From NCBI GenBank assembly GCA_002104905.1, contig MCFE01000156.1, positions 62,001-126,000 on the forward strand: DNA of 64,000 nucleotides. Reading direction: 5' to 3'. A model generated the notes under the pieces. The model was not told the origin of the DNA, made no database searches, and was given only the letters and a program-made list of their open reading frames with translations. Positions 12,819 through 24,107 of the stretch are shown here, in pieces. How positions within the stretch are numbered: the first letter of the stretch is position 1; each line of letters opens with the position of its first letter. Source of the DNA: Basidiobolus meristosporus CBS 931.73. Its lineage: Eukaryota; Fungi; Basidiobolomycota. Position numbers and translations under genes: made by a program.

Positions 12819-13820
12819 GAGGAACACTATACAGTTTTTGAAGCACAGTAGCAGTGCCCAAAGATAAAGCTCACAGAAGAGCCTATCACAGCAATGGGAG
12901 GGAGACAATATGGTGCTTGTTCCAAAGCCTAAAAATCAAAAACATTGAGGATCTGTGAAGCAGTTTAGTGCAATAACAAAGAGTGGGCTACTGTTCAGGC
13001 GGCCATCTGAAGGCTAGGATGCCATCACCTTAAGACCAGCATACCATGGGTTCATGGGGAACTCCAGGCCAAGCAGAATGTGCTTAACTTGTTCCATGAG
13101 CATTATCCGTAGATGAGTTTACAGAAAAAGGCAAATAGTCTACTGCAGCCTCCATGCACTCCATTGTTGACAGAATGGATATCCTATCATCAGATAAGGC
13201 AACAATATCAAGTGCTTGTATGACTATCACAATTCCTTCAGTGGAATTCTGGAATAGTAATAGGCAAACCAAGAGGTTGCAGCATTTCTTCAAGAGCAGT
13301 GCTCAAAAATGCACTTTAATAGTGCAAGGATTTATTGCAAAGACTGGTATATGAGGTGCTGGACTTAATGCTAGTGTAAGGTATAGGGCCTTGTATAGGT
13401 CAATATGATTGGCAATTGAGGCAAAATTGAAGTTTCAGCAGAAATAAATCAATATATCCAAATGAAAAGTAAGAGAATTGTTTGGGTCAAGAAGTAAGGT
13501 ATGTGAAAAAGAGGCAATAGCCAATCAATGTACACAAATATAGAAGGTTATTGAGTGTCTAGGATTAGAAAGTGAGCAAATTGGCAGGCAATCAATCAAA
13601 ACCACTTGTATGGTGTTGTGATGTGAAATTTTGACCAAGTCTTTTGTGAAATATGGGGTGTGATTATTTTTCAACAGCCTCTGCACAGTGTCCTAATGGG
13701 AACAGTACCTCTTAGTCACATGATTTTAAATATGTGGCAGCCTTTTGACAGGATCTTTACAATAATTTCTCATATCAAAAGTAAAATTCTACTTTTACAT
13801 TCACTAAATCATTAAGAGAA

Positions 13821-15614
13821 TGCTAATGTAAAAATTTGCAATTCTACTTAATATAAGACTTGTTCAATCATTCCAGCTGATCATAGTGCCCAATAGTGTC
13901 ATAGCATGCCAGATGGTGCCATACAGTGCCAATTTGGGATCAAAATTGACGTGTACATGAACCTATAATATCAAATTAATAACAAAATATACAGCACTTT
14001 GTGGCACTATGATCAATGGCACAATGGAACAAGTCTATTCACCTAACCTAGTCTCTTAGATCATTACCTTCAAGTCCCAGAGAATACTGACCAAACTCTT
14101 TGTCAGGATTTACTTAGAATATGTTAACCAAAAAACTAAGTACCCAAAACATGAAAATTCTCAAAGTTGTCCAAACAGCCCCAAACTTTGCACACATGCT
14201 CTTGGGACCTTCCTTAATCTATACTATGTGCTTGTTATGCCAGGATTATGTAAAGTATCAATACTACTTTCACGTTCAATATAACAATATGTGAAAACCG
14301 CATAATCCACTTGACCTCCTAAATCACTTCCAATATCTCCAAGACTCTTACAACAGGCTATGAGCCCCAACCTCTCACTCTCTTCAATGTCTACTACTGC
14401 TATTACCGGAACTTTTCTCTCTGCTGAAAAGTTAGATGGATCTGACTACCAGGTGTGGAGAGTGAAGATGAAGATGCTGCTAGTTTCAGGGCCTTGTATC
14501 AGCCCTAGAGTCCAGAACTGAGGATTTGACCTTAAATTACGTATATGGAAGGCTCCTGGATGAAGAATTAAGAAAATCAAGCACAAATATGAAGGAATAA
14601 AAGAATGTTTTAATCAGCAATGAAAACCAACAAAGGGGATACCCAAGACATTACAAAGGCAATAGCAACCTGTTTTGCAACTACTGCAAAAGGAAAGGGC
14701 ACACATTATACCTATGTTTCATAAAGAGAGATAATCAGCAAAAGAAGCCTGAATATGGAAATGTGGCAATAATTGAGGATGCACTATTCCTATCTGCACT
14801 AAGTATGGCCACAAACAAGAATTCTCAGATGTGGTATATTGACTCTGCAGCTTCTCAACACTCTACACACCAAAAAGAACTTTTACCCACTATCAAAAAA
14901 CTCCAAACAAGAAGGTGTCATAGGCAACAATAGAGCACTTACTGCAGTCAGAGAAGGAACTATCCAAGTAAACCTTAGAAGCAGTGAAGAACGCCATACA
15001 CTGACCTTTAAAGAAGTACTCTTTGTACCAGAAATAGCCAAGTACCTACTTTCTGTAAGCAAGGTCACTGCAGAAGGACTCTGTTTCAACTTTGACAATT
15101 CTGGAAGCAAGATCACTGATCAAAATGGTGCCCATGTTAATTTGGGTATCAGATATTAAAATCTATACAAGTTGACTTATATTCCAGCATATTTGGAAGC
15201 CAATATAAGTGAAGTATATGAAGAGACTCCAATGCTTTGGCACAGGAGATTTGGACACATCAAACTGAATATTTGGGCAAAATGATCAAAGATCAGCTAA
15301 TTTCCGGAGTAAGTATTGATCCCCCATCTAATTTGAAGCACTATGAAGCCTGCATATATGAGAAACAAGACAGACAGCTGTTCAGGAGCTCTGGACTAAT
15401 CAAAACTAAGAAAATATTATATCTAATCCACTCAGATCTATGTAGACCTATGAAAATATATCCTTGGGCAGCACAAAGTATTTAATCACTTTTATTGATG
15501 ATTATACAGGATGAACATGGATCTATTTCATGGAGGGAATAGAAAAGCCCTATCTAAGCTCAGGGGGTTTAGAGCCATGGTAGAGAGAGAAACTAGTGAA
15601 AAAATCTAGAAAAT
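13821..15614 (+). mobile_element. Truncated Ty1/copia element (5' LTR, PBS, internally deleted gag, protease, start of integrase)
   Basis: LTR ends ...gactcttacaaca at 14355, followed by PBS variant GGCTATGAGCCC. Homologous to 40209-41860 (WYIDSAASQH, WHRRFGH, HSDLC). Confidence 0.85.
13856..14036. mobile_element. Short MITE (~180 bp) inserted in the copia LTR
   Basis: Termini AGACTTGTTCA...TGGAACAAGTCT with internal GTGCCA repeats. The flanks rejoin as the copia LTR sequence aaatattcacc. Confidence 0.75.
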
Positions 15615-16700
15615 AGACTTGTTCTATTGGATAGTGCCACAGAGTGCCAGCCTGTTTATAGTGCCAGATCGATCTGGCACCCTACTACACTATCTGGCAC
15701 TATAATTTCTACCATGATGCCAGTGGTATGATACAGTTACAGGTAATTTTACTCAATCATACTTATGTTGCTCAGAATAGTGCTTTCCTTGCTTTATTTA
15801 CCTGTTATAGTGCTCCAGACACATTTCTCTCAGTAGATCTCTTCTTGTATAAGCATACTGTGCAATAATAGGTATCTTGACTATTTTACCTATTCTGCCG
15901 TTTTCTCCTATATATGACTTTCCTCTGTATTTACCTGCCAATATGCTGAATCTCTTCAGATATCCAAATATATGCTCTACCCTCACTTTGAAATGATTAA
16001 ATATCTCATTGTAGAGCTTTGCTTCCTGCTAAGCATACCAATCCTTGGCTTCCTATAAGCTGTAATACATCTTAATCTGTGACAATCCACTCCTATATAG
16101 GCTAAGTCTACCATACATTTCTCCCCTCTACTGAATTCAGGATGATTCTCTACCCAGAGTGCTTTGTCAGGCCTACTTCCAGCAGATGGCCCACTAAACC
16201 AGATGATGTTACCCTCAATGTGAGAAAGTGCTTGAAACTTTACACAGTGTGCCTTGTACCTGCCAGAATAAAAGTGCCTCTGCCCTCTAGAAGGTCTGTT
16301 AATCCTCACTTGGAAGGTATTCAAAATACTCCTGATATGGAACCTGTTGCTGAACACTCTGGGATATGGAAGTCTATTGGAGCTTCTGAGCCTAGTATTC
16401 CAAGCTTGCTCTAAGTCATTCATACCCTCTGCAAGGTGGTTCTCCATTGCTGTCAGCTGGGAATGAAAGCTTCTAGGACTTTTGTTGCCATGGATGGTGG
16501 GATGAAACCTTGTGGGGCAATAGTTCTTGATATAGCAGAGAAGCTTAACAAGGGATCTCCTTGACTAGATTGGGGTAGATGGTCCACAGTACTTGGAATA
16601 GGTCTCCTCTAGTGTGTCAAAAGAAATCCAGTTGTAGTGATGGGATCAATGAGAAAAGACCATTCAGATGAGTAAGTCATATTAAAATTGGTGGATGATT
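15615..16700 (-). mobile_element. Harbinger/IS5-like (DDE_Tnp_4-type) DNA transposon remnant with one TIR (right boundary approximate)
   Basis: TIR AGACTTGTTCTATTGGATAGTGCCAC at 15615. The frameshifted transposase (15983-16447, 15798-15986) has INRP..FYSGRYKAH..K.Q, GS.PD, DLAYIG and RVEHIFGYLKRF motifs; the frame extends upstream to LVKLLCYIKNY. Confidence 0.8.
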
Positions 16701-17415
16701 GTATGGAAGTAGTTTGAATGGATTTGGCGCAATCTGCATTATTGATCTGATTTTTAATGCATTATGATTAGATATCCATCAATTGCCATGTAGCCCATCA
16801 TTATGTCGCAAAAATCATCTGCAACAATGCCTTGGCACTTTTATTGATGCTTTACTCATAGGTTTATAATCAAATTGGAAATCTGCAATTGATGTGATCT
16901 GATCCGTGTCAATGCAATCCAAGATGCATCATGCATTATATATGCAAAATTTAACAATCACATTATTTTTCATATATATATCATAGAAGACCAGGTTGAT
17001 GCCAATATATTGCTGTATAAGTATCCAAGTCCTTTGCTATGGTCCCCATACCAAGTCTCAACTCATCTTTAGTATAACCCAGACAAAACCCATCCCCCTG
17101 CTCACAAGCATGGTCTGGACCGGAAAAGTTGATGTTGAATCCGTTTGAGTTCTTGCCAAATAATTTTAGTATGGCACAAGTGTCAATGATGAGCCTTCAT
17201 ACAGATATTTGGGCACTACTGATTAATCTAGCAGAACTATATACCTCAGAGAGTTGACAAAGATGGATGAATTTGAGTAGAAAGCAGTTGTATAAGTTCT
17301 ACATCAAGATGCCAGCCAATGTATGTAAGCAGATATATAACAAGACAAGTATTGAAATCAAGAATTAGCTGAGAGTGAGGGGATTTAATGAAGAAGCTGC
17401 CCAGGACAATTTTGC

Positions 17416-18276
17416 TTGCAATTTGCACAGTACAGGCCAGATGCATCTATTTATGCCTTGACTTTGGGAACCAAAGCAATTTTGAATGAGTTTTTGCCTC
17501 AGATCACTAATGTGCTACGTGATATATTAGTAGAGCTAAGTAGCTTCCAAGAGCAATTTACACAGGACTCATCCAGGCAACAGCTCAAAAGTATCAGACA
17601 GAAGGTAAGTGAATACCTCAAGGAATCAGATGGTGAGCTTCAGGAGGAAGAATATAGACCGCAAGCAACATTTTCCAGATTGTGCCAGCACGCCTTGCTG
17701 GATTCCTTACCATCTCTTGCAACCACAGCGTGCTGGCACATGTCAGTCCAGACTATACCAACACCCTTTACCAGAGTGCCCTGCATCAAGTCAACATGCC
17801 TTGAGTCAACGCGCATCAGGTTAATGCGCGCACTTCAGAGCAAAACTACCAGAACATGCCAAACTGCTCATTTAGACGCAAGTCCATTGGAGCAGACCAA
17901 GACACATCAACATGCAGCATCACATCAAATTCATCCAAGGGCCATCTCAATGTGTCAAGTAGCACCTGCACATGCCATTTTGCCTGACCATCAGCAAGTT
18001 ACTTCTGGTGAACTGACTGATGATGACCAACATGAAGTGCCTCAACCACCAGGGCCCTTGGCAGGTAAAAGAACGTGTCAGAGCATGGCACTCCAGGCCG
18101 GTTCAGTTGGTTCAGTTGGAGCAATTCAGCGCGGCCAAGCTGCAGCATTGCACTCATCAATTAGGAGGCAAAATACTGACTACAAATACACAAGTAGCCA
18201 AGATGATAGTCAGCAAGGAAGTAGTATAGTTGTGCAAAGTGAGTCACTACCAAATGCTTCAGTAGTAGACCTGTGA
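17416..18276 (+). CDS. ORF-X, hypothetical 286-aa protein associated with the CACTA-like unit (start codon uncertain)
   Basis: Open for 286 codons (TTG start call). Its 3' part is duplicated in inverted form at ~2400-2690, again next to the transposase 3' region. No recognisable domain. Confidence 0.45.
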   Translation: MQFAQYRPDASIYALTLGTKAILNEFLPQITNVLRDILVELSSFQEQFTQDSSRQQLKSIRQKVSEYLKESDGELQEEEYRPQATFSRLCQHALLDSLPSLATTACWHMSVQTIPTPFTRVPCIKSTCLESTRIRLMRALQSKTTRTCQTAHLDASPLEQTKTHQHAASHQIHPRAISMCQVAPAHAILPDHQQVTSGELTDDDQHEVPQPPGPLAGKRTCQSMALQAGSVGSVGAIQRGQAAALHSSIRRQNTDYKYTSSQDDSQQGSSIVVQSESLPNASVVDL

Positions 18277-19170
18277 GAAAAAAACCCAGGACAAGATGAT
18301 GCAATTGCTTTGAGTTGCTATTATTTGTAGTGATCCCAACAACGCATTTTTTTTGCGATCCAAATTGAGCCATAGCAAATCAGTGATCATCAAATTTGTG
18401 ATGTAAGTAATATCAAGGTTATCTCACATTTGAGACAGAACCTCTATAAATAAATACCCTGCATATATATACATCATCTGTAATACCAGTGCAGCTATTG
18501 GATCTGTTTTGCGCATACCCAATTGCTTGCATGCTAGCTATGACACCTTGTCCAATCACTAGGATCAGGGATGTACTTACTCAATGGGCAAAATAGGTTA
18601 TTTGATGGCAAATCAGGTAGCTTGTTTAGTAGTTAATGAGCCAACTGGGGGCTGCCAGCTTCAGGATGCTTTTGGACCAACTATTGTTGCAGTCTTTTAG
18701 TGCTCTATAACTATTTAAAGTGGATCCAACTGGCCAGGACATCCAATTGTCTTGTATGGCAAGAAATTTGACAGTATTGAGATGGCCTCACAGCAAGACT
18801 CTGATGGCATTGTATTGGCAGTATGACAGCCTACTGCTGGTTCTATATAATGCTACCATACCAGTTTATCAAATGGTATCTCCTTTTTCTACCTCCCCTT
18901 GTGCAATTCATATATTCTACTGTAGAATCACCCTTCTTTATTTGCTTACCCAGTATTACCTTGGGTATTCCACATATAGTTTGAATCAAAAAGAACTATG
19001 GCTTCCTGCTTACTAACCTCTAAAAATGTGCTCACCTACCACAATTGACATACTCCTATCTCCTCTACATTACGGCTTTTTAGTGTGAAACTTGGAAAGT
19101 GGCCATATACCTTGTACTGCTGGTAACATATACATCTTGCATACATATGCTTGGTTGTTGCCACTTCTGC

Positions 19171-22100
19171 TGTTATGATCTGCCGCTTAAATAATTAAAC
19201 TAGATCAGTTTTTAGTCAAATCAATTAGTATATGTTTAGGTTATCAGTATATCAGTATTATCTATGAAATCAGTAGCATTAGTCAGCAAATGAATCAGCA
19301 GATCCTTATCAGACAGAAATAGATATATTAAGTAGGATCTTATAGGGTGATGATGATGCAATCAAATGAGTCATCAGCCACAACCTACATTAGGAAATAC
19401 AATTAGTCAGCAGTTGATCTGGCAAAATGTATATAAGGAGCTGCTGGAACCTCAATAAAAATCAGTTCAAGTTTTAGTGAATACAATGCTAGCTAAACTC
19501 CCTATTCCTCTACAACTCTTATACCAAGACTTGTAACATTGGTAGCAGCGATAACCAGAAACCTCCCTCCTGAAGAAAGAAGAAACCACCCTCAAGATGT
19601 AGGACAATCAAGAATGGAAGAATGCCATGTAACAAATCCTGGCCCAACAACAACCGTTACTCCAGATCCTCAGCCAACAGCAACAAGGAATGTCTACCAT
19701 GGCTCAGAGCCAGCAAAGCCCTGTCAAGAGCAACTTTAGTGTGAAGGTCAACCAGTACTATGACAGAGTCAATGAAAACCTGGGAACTTGGCTCTTCCAG
19801 ATTGAAGAAGCTTTTAAAGCTAAAGGAATTGCTCCAGAAAGCAAGTTGCATTATGCAGTTTCTTACCTGGCAGATGCAGACTTACAGTGGTGCCACAACA
19901 AGATCAGGTCAGCCACTATGATGGGATGCTCCACAATCTCTACCTGGGATGAGTTTGTGTCGGAAATTCAGGATGCTTTTGAACCTCCACACCAGCAGAC
20001 ACTACTAAGAAGGAAGTTAAAGACACTCAGACAGAAAGGAATGGTGCAAGAATACATCTATGAGTACAGATGTCTACTTGAACAAATTGAAAGAATGGAC
20101 CCCCTGGATCAAGTTGAATACTTTATTGATGGGTTGAAAGAAAGAACTTGCAAGGAAGTCAATTACCAAAGACCTCAGACTATTGAAGAAGCCATCAAGA
20201 TTGCCATTGACTATGACTCAGCTATGTTTGGAGTTGGGAAGCCTACAGTGACTAATCAGCAAGGCTACAATCATTATGAAAGAAGACAATCAGAAGCAGT
20301 ACCAATGGAAATAGACACTATGCAGAAGAATCCCTCCTCAGAAGAATGCAAGAAGAGAGGACTTTGCTTCAATTGCCACCAGCAGGGACATGTTGCAAAG
20401 TACTGCCCTCAGCAAAGAATTGGACATCAGCCAACAAGAACCTTCAGCCATATTGAGTCCCATTAGCACAGTAATGTGGAAGATGAGCTTGAAGAAGACT
20501 CAGAACCCATCTTCCACATGACAGAAGAATACCTATCCCAGATGACCTCAAACTCAGGAAAGCTATTATACTTGAATGGAGCAAGCAATGGAGTACCTGC
20601 CAAGATCATGATTGACTCAGGAGCATTGCATGAGTACATGTCAGAGCAATTTGCTTTGAAAGCTGGAATCAACTTGGAACCTACCAAATCAACTTCAGTC
20701 TCCACAGCTGATGGGAACTCCCACATAATCAACCGTATTACTCAGCCAGTAAGAATGAAGATCAATGACTATGAAGAAGACCTACAGGCTTATATATTTG
20801 GGAACTGCAAGTTTGACCTTGTACTTGGAAAAACCTGGCTATTTTGTTGTAATCCATCAATCAACTGGAGAACCCATGCTACTCAGATCCAAAAAGAAAA
20901 CAAGACCTATGAGCTATTACCTGCCAGGCTGGATTTCAACTTGGTCAATTCCAGTGTGTGTGAGAGAAGTGAACTTAGCAAGACCCAGTTCTGTAGAGCA
21001 CTTAGAAAAGGTACCAAGATGTTCCTCATGGTGGTATCACAGGAGGATTCCTCTACCCCAGCACCCCAGCAGGTCCAGACTCTCTTGAAGAAATATTCAG
21101 ACGTGTTTCCAGATGAGCTTGTAAGCCTACCACCAGTCAGAGACGTGGATCATGCCATTGACACAGGAAATAGCCCTCCAGTGAGCAAGACACCTTACAG
21201 AATGAGTCCATTGGAATTGGAGGAAATGAAGAGATAAATTGATCAGCTATTGGAGCAAGGATACATCAGGCCCAGCAAGTCACCCTGGAGAGCACCAGTG
21301 CTTTTTGTGAAAAAGAAGGATGAAACACTTAGGATGTGCAGTAACTACAGAGCCCTGAACTCCGTCACCATCAAGAATAAGTACCCCATACCTTGGATTG
21401 ATGAGCTTTTGGACCAACTTAATGGAGCCACTATTTTCAGCAAGATTGACCTCATGTCAGAATACAACCAAATTAGGGTGAAACCAGAAGATATTCCTAA
21501 GACAGCATTTAGGACCAGATATGGACATTATGAGTACTTAGTCATGAGTTTTGGCCTCACTAATGCCCCTGCAACATTCATGATGCTGATGCAGACTGTC
21601 TTTCAGGAGTACTTAGACAAGTTTGTGATAATCTACCTGGATGACATATTGATATACAGCAAGACAGAAGAGGATCACATAGTGCACATTGAAAAGGTCT
21701 TGGAGAAGCTAAGAGAGGACAAGCTATATGGCAAGCTAGCCAAGTGTGAATTCTTCACGGAGCACATTGAATACCTGGGACACATAGTGACTAGCACAGG
21801 AGTGACCTTAGACCCTAAGAAGGTTGAAGTTATCAAGAATTTGAAGCAGCCCCATAGCATATCAGAACTCAGATCCTTCCTTGGAATGGTTTCCTACTAT
21901 TGGAGATTTGTCAAGTCATTTGCAAGTATTGCAGCCCCTTTAACTGATATCCTCAAGAAAGACAATGCCTACAAGTGGGACATAGCTTGTGAGACTGCCT
22001 TCCAGATGCTCAAGAATGAACTTGCTAAGCTGCCAAGCTTAAGAATACCAGACTTCAGAAAAGAGTTCACTCTGTGCACAGATGCTTCAGATTATGCAAT

Positions 22101-24107
22101 TGGTGGAGTGCTGAGCCAAGAACACAAGGAAAAGGACTACCCTGTTGCCTCTGAATCCAAGAAACTGAACTCAGCAGAACAAAACTATCCAGTCCATGAG
22201 AAGGAGATGCTTGCTATAATACACTGTTTGAAGACATGGAGATGCTATATTGAAGGAGTCAAATGCACTGTGAAGACTGATCATGCCTCCCTCAAGTATA
22301 TATTTACTCAGAAGGTACTCTCTAGAAGAATGACAATATGGAGTGAATACATTCAGCAATTTGACCTGGAGATTGTCTACTGCCCTGGAAAAAACAACAC
22401 GGTTGCTGATGCCTTATCAAGATTAGATCAAGTTGCACAACTCAACTTGGTGCATGAATCAGATTGGCCTAGCCTATTACCAAAGTACTTGGAGGACCAA
22501 GCCATTCCTAATGAGGTGGATGAAGTTATCAAGAAGATAATCTGTGATGAAGCCAGCAAATTTGTAGTACAGGATGAAACACTCTACCAAATAGTTGATG
22601 GAAGCCCTATTGCCTATTGCCCTTATGTTTCTTGCCTGGATTTAATACATAAGCTACACAATGGATGTGGACATCTTGGAATTGAAGGAACCTATAGTCT
22701 TGTGAAAGCCAGAGCATGGTGGTGCAGAATGAAACAAGACATTGAGAAGCTAGTAAAAACATGGCCAAACTGCCAAATCAATCAAGGCCAGCCACAAAGA
22801 GTTGCCAAACTCTTCCCTTTGGAGCCTGTAAGACCATTTGAGAGATGGGGAATTGACTTTATTGGAAGACTGCCAACCACCAGGAAATGCAACCGTTGGA
22901 ATCTAGTAGCAATTGACCATGCCACTAAATGGCCAGTTGCTAAAGCTGTACCAATAGCCAGTGAACAAGAAGTTGCAAGTTTCATTTACCATGAGATCCT
23001 GATGAAGTTTGGATGCCCTGTGGAGATCTTATCTGATAGAGGAGCAAACTTTATGGCAAAGACATTAGAGGCTTACCTGGAAATGCAACAGATCAGACAC
23101 CTGATAACCTTGGCATATCACCCCAGAACTAATGGAGTCGCTGAGCGGTTTAATGGATTATTTGGAAAAATGCTGACCAAGTATGCAAATGGAGTTGTCA
23201 GTAGATGGGATGAGTATATAGACCAAGCACTCTTTGCATGCAGAGTCAGAGTACACAACACCACCCAGCAATCACCATTTTACTTAGTTTATGGATGTGA
23301 ACCAAGGATTCCAGGAGATCTCACACAACCAAAACTTATAGACACCTTAGAAGATGAACTCAGTCAGCCAAGTAGACACCAGCAACTGGAACAAAGACGT
23401 CAAGAGGCACAGACCAAAGTATCTCAAAGTGCAGAAAAGATGAAGCAGAGATTTGATAAGACTATAGCACCAGAAGCATTGACAGTTGGGAACTTTGTGT
23501 TGCTAAGAAACAACACTTGAAGAAGTTTGAGCCACAATGGACAGGACCATTGAAGATCATCAGAGAATGTCCATTTGCAACTTACCAACTGGTGGACAAA
23601 CAAGGTAATATCCGGGAAGACTTAGTACATAGGGATAGACTCAAGCTTGCAAGACTTGCTGATAATACTGAACCATCAAGATATTGGTATCACAAGAAAA
23701 GAGATTCAGGAGAACCCTCTCAACTTTAGTAGGGGAGAATGTTATGATCTGCTGCTTGAATGTTTAGGTTAGATCAGTTTTTAGTCAAATCAATTAGTAT
23801 ATGTTTAGGTTATCAGTATATCAGTATTATCTATGAAATCAGTAGCATTAGTCAGCAAATGAATCAGCAGATCCTTATCAGACAAAAATAGATATATTAA
23901 GTAGGATCTTATTGGGTGATGATGATGCAATCAAATGAGTCATCAGCCACAACCTACATTAGGAAATACAATTAGTCAGCAATTGATCTGGCAAAATGTA
24001 TATAAGGAGCTGCTGGAACCTCAATAAAAATCAGTTCAAGTTTTAGTGAATACAATGCTAGCTAAACTCCCTATTCCTCTACAACTCTTATACCAAGACT
24101 TGTAACA
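19171..24107 (+). mobile_element. Full-length but defective Ty3/gypsy family A copy
   Basis: LTRs 19171-19538 and 23740-24107 (about 10 differences), TSD CTGC, PBS and PPT. Gag-pol is broken by stops at 20464-20466 and 21235-21237 and a frameshift near 23518. Confidence 0.97.
19597..23729 (+). pseudogene. Gag-pol pseudogene of Ty3 family A
   Basis: ORF pieces 19690-20466, 20476-21237, 21250-23520 and 23517-23729 align to the 1377-aa protein. The start ATG region is altered. Confidence 0.93.

Larger units (their letters stand above)
6976..13800 (+). mobile_element. CACTA-like unit copy (transposase 5' remnant, spacer, internally deleted ORF-A, right arm) split by the intact Ty3
   Basis: 6976-7880 matches ~26280-27178. 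12819-13105 matches 27176-27462. The copy then jumps to sequence matching ~32296-33130. Confidence 0.8.

Noticed and set aside
13856-15730. Repeated GTGCCA/TGGCAC words as a CRISPR-like array
   Set aside because: Short, irregularly spaced subterminal motifs of the Harbinger-like element in a eukaryotic context; no repeat-spacer periodicity and no cas genes.
16730-16960. AT-rich stretch with recurring aatctgca/gatctga words as the CACTA left terminus
   Set aside because: No CACTA/CACTG start, TSD or matching right end could be identified, so it is left unassigned.
20464-20466. TAG at the gag/protease boundary of the second Ty3 copy as a programmed read-through stop
   Set aside because: The intact sister has GAA (Glu) here and this copy has other disabling lesions. 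A GAG>TAG point mutation is the simpler explanation.
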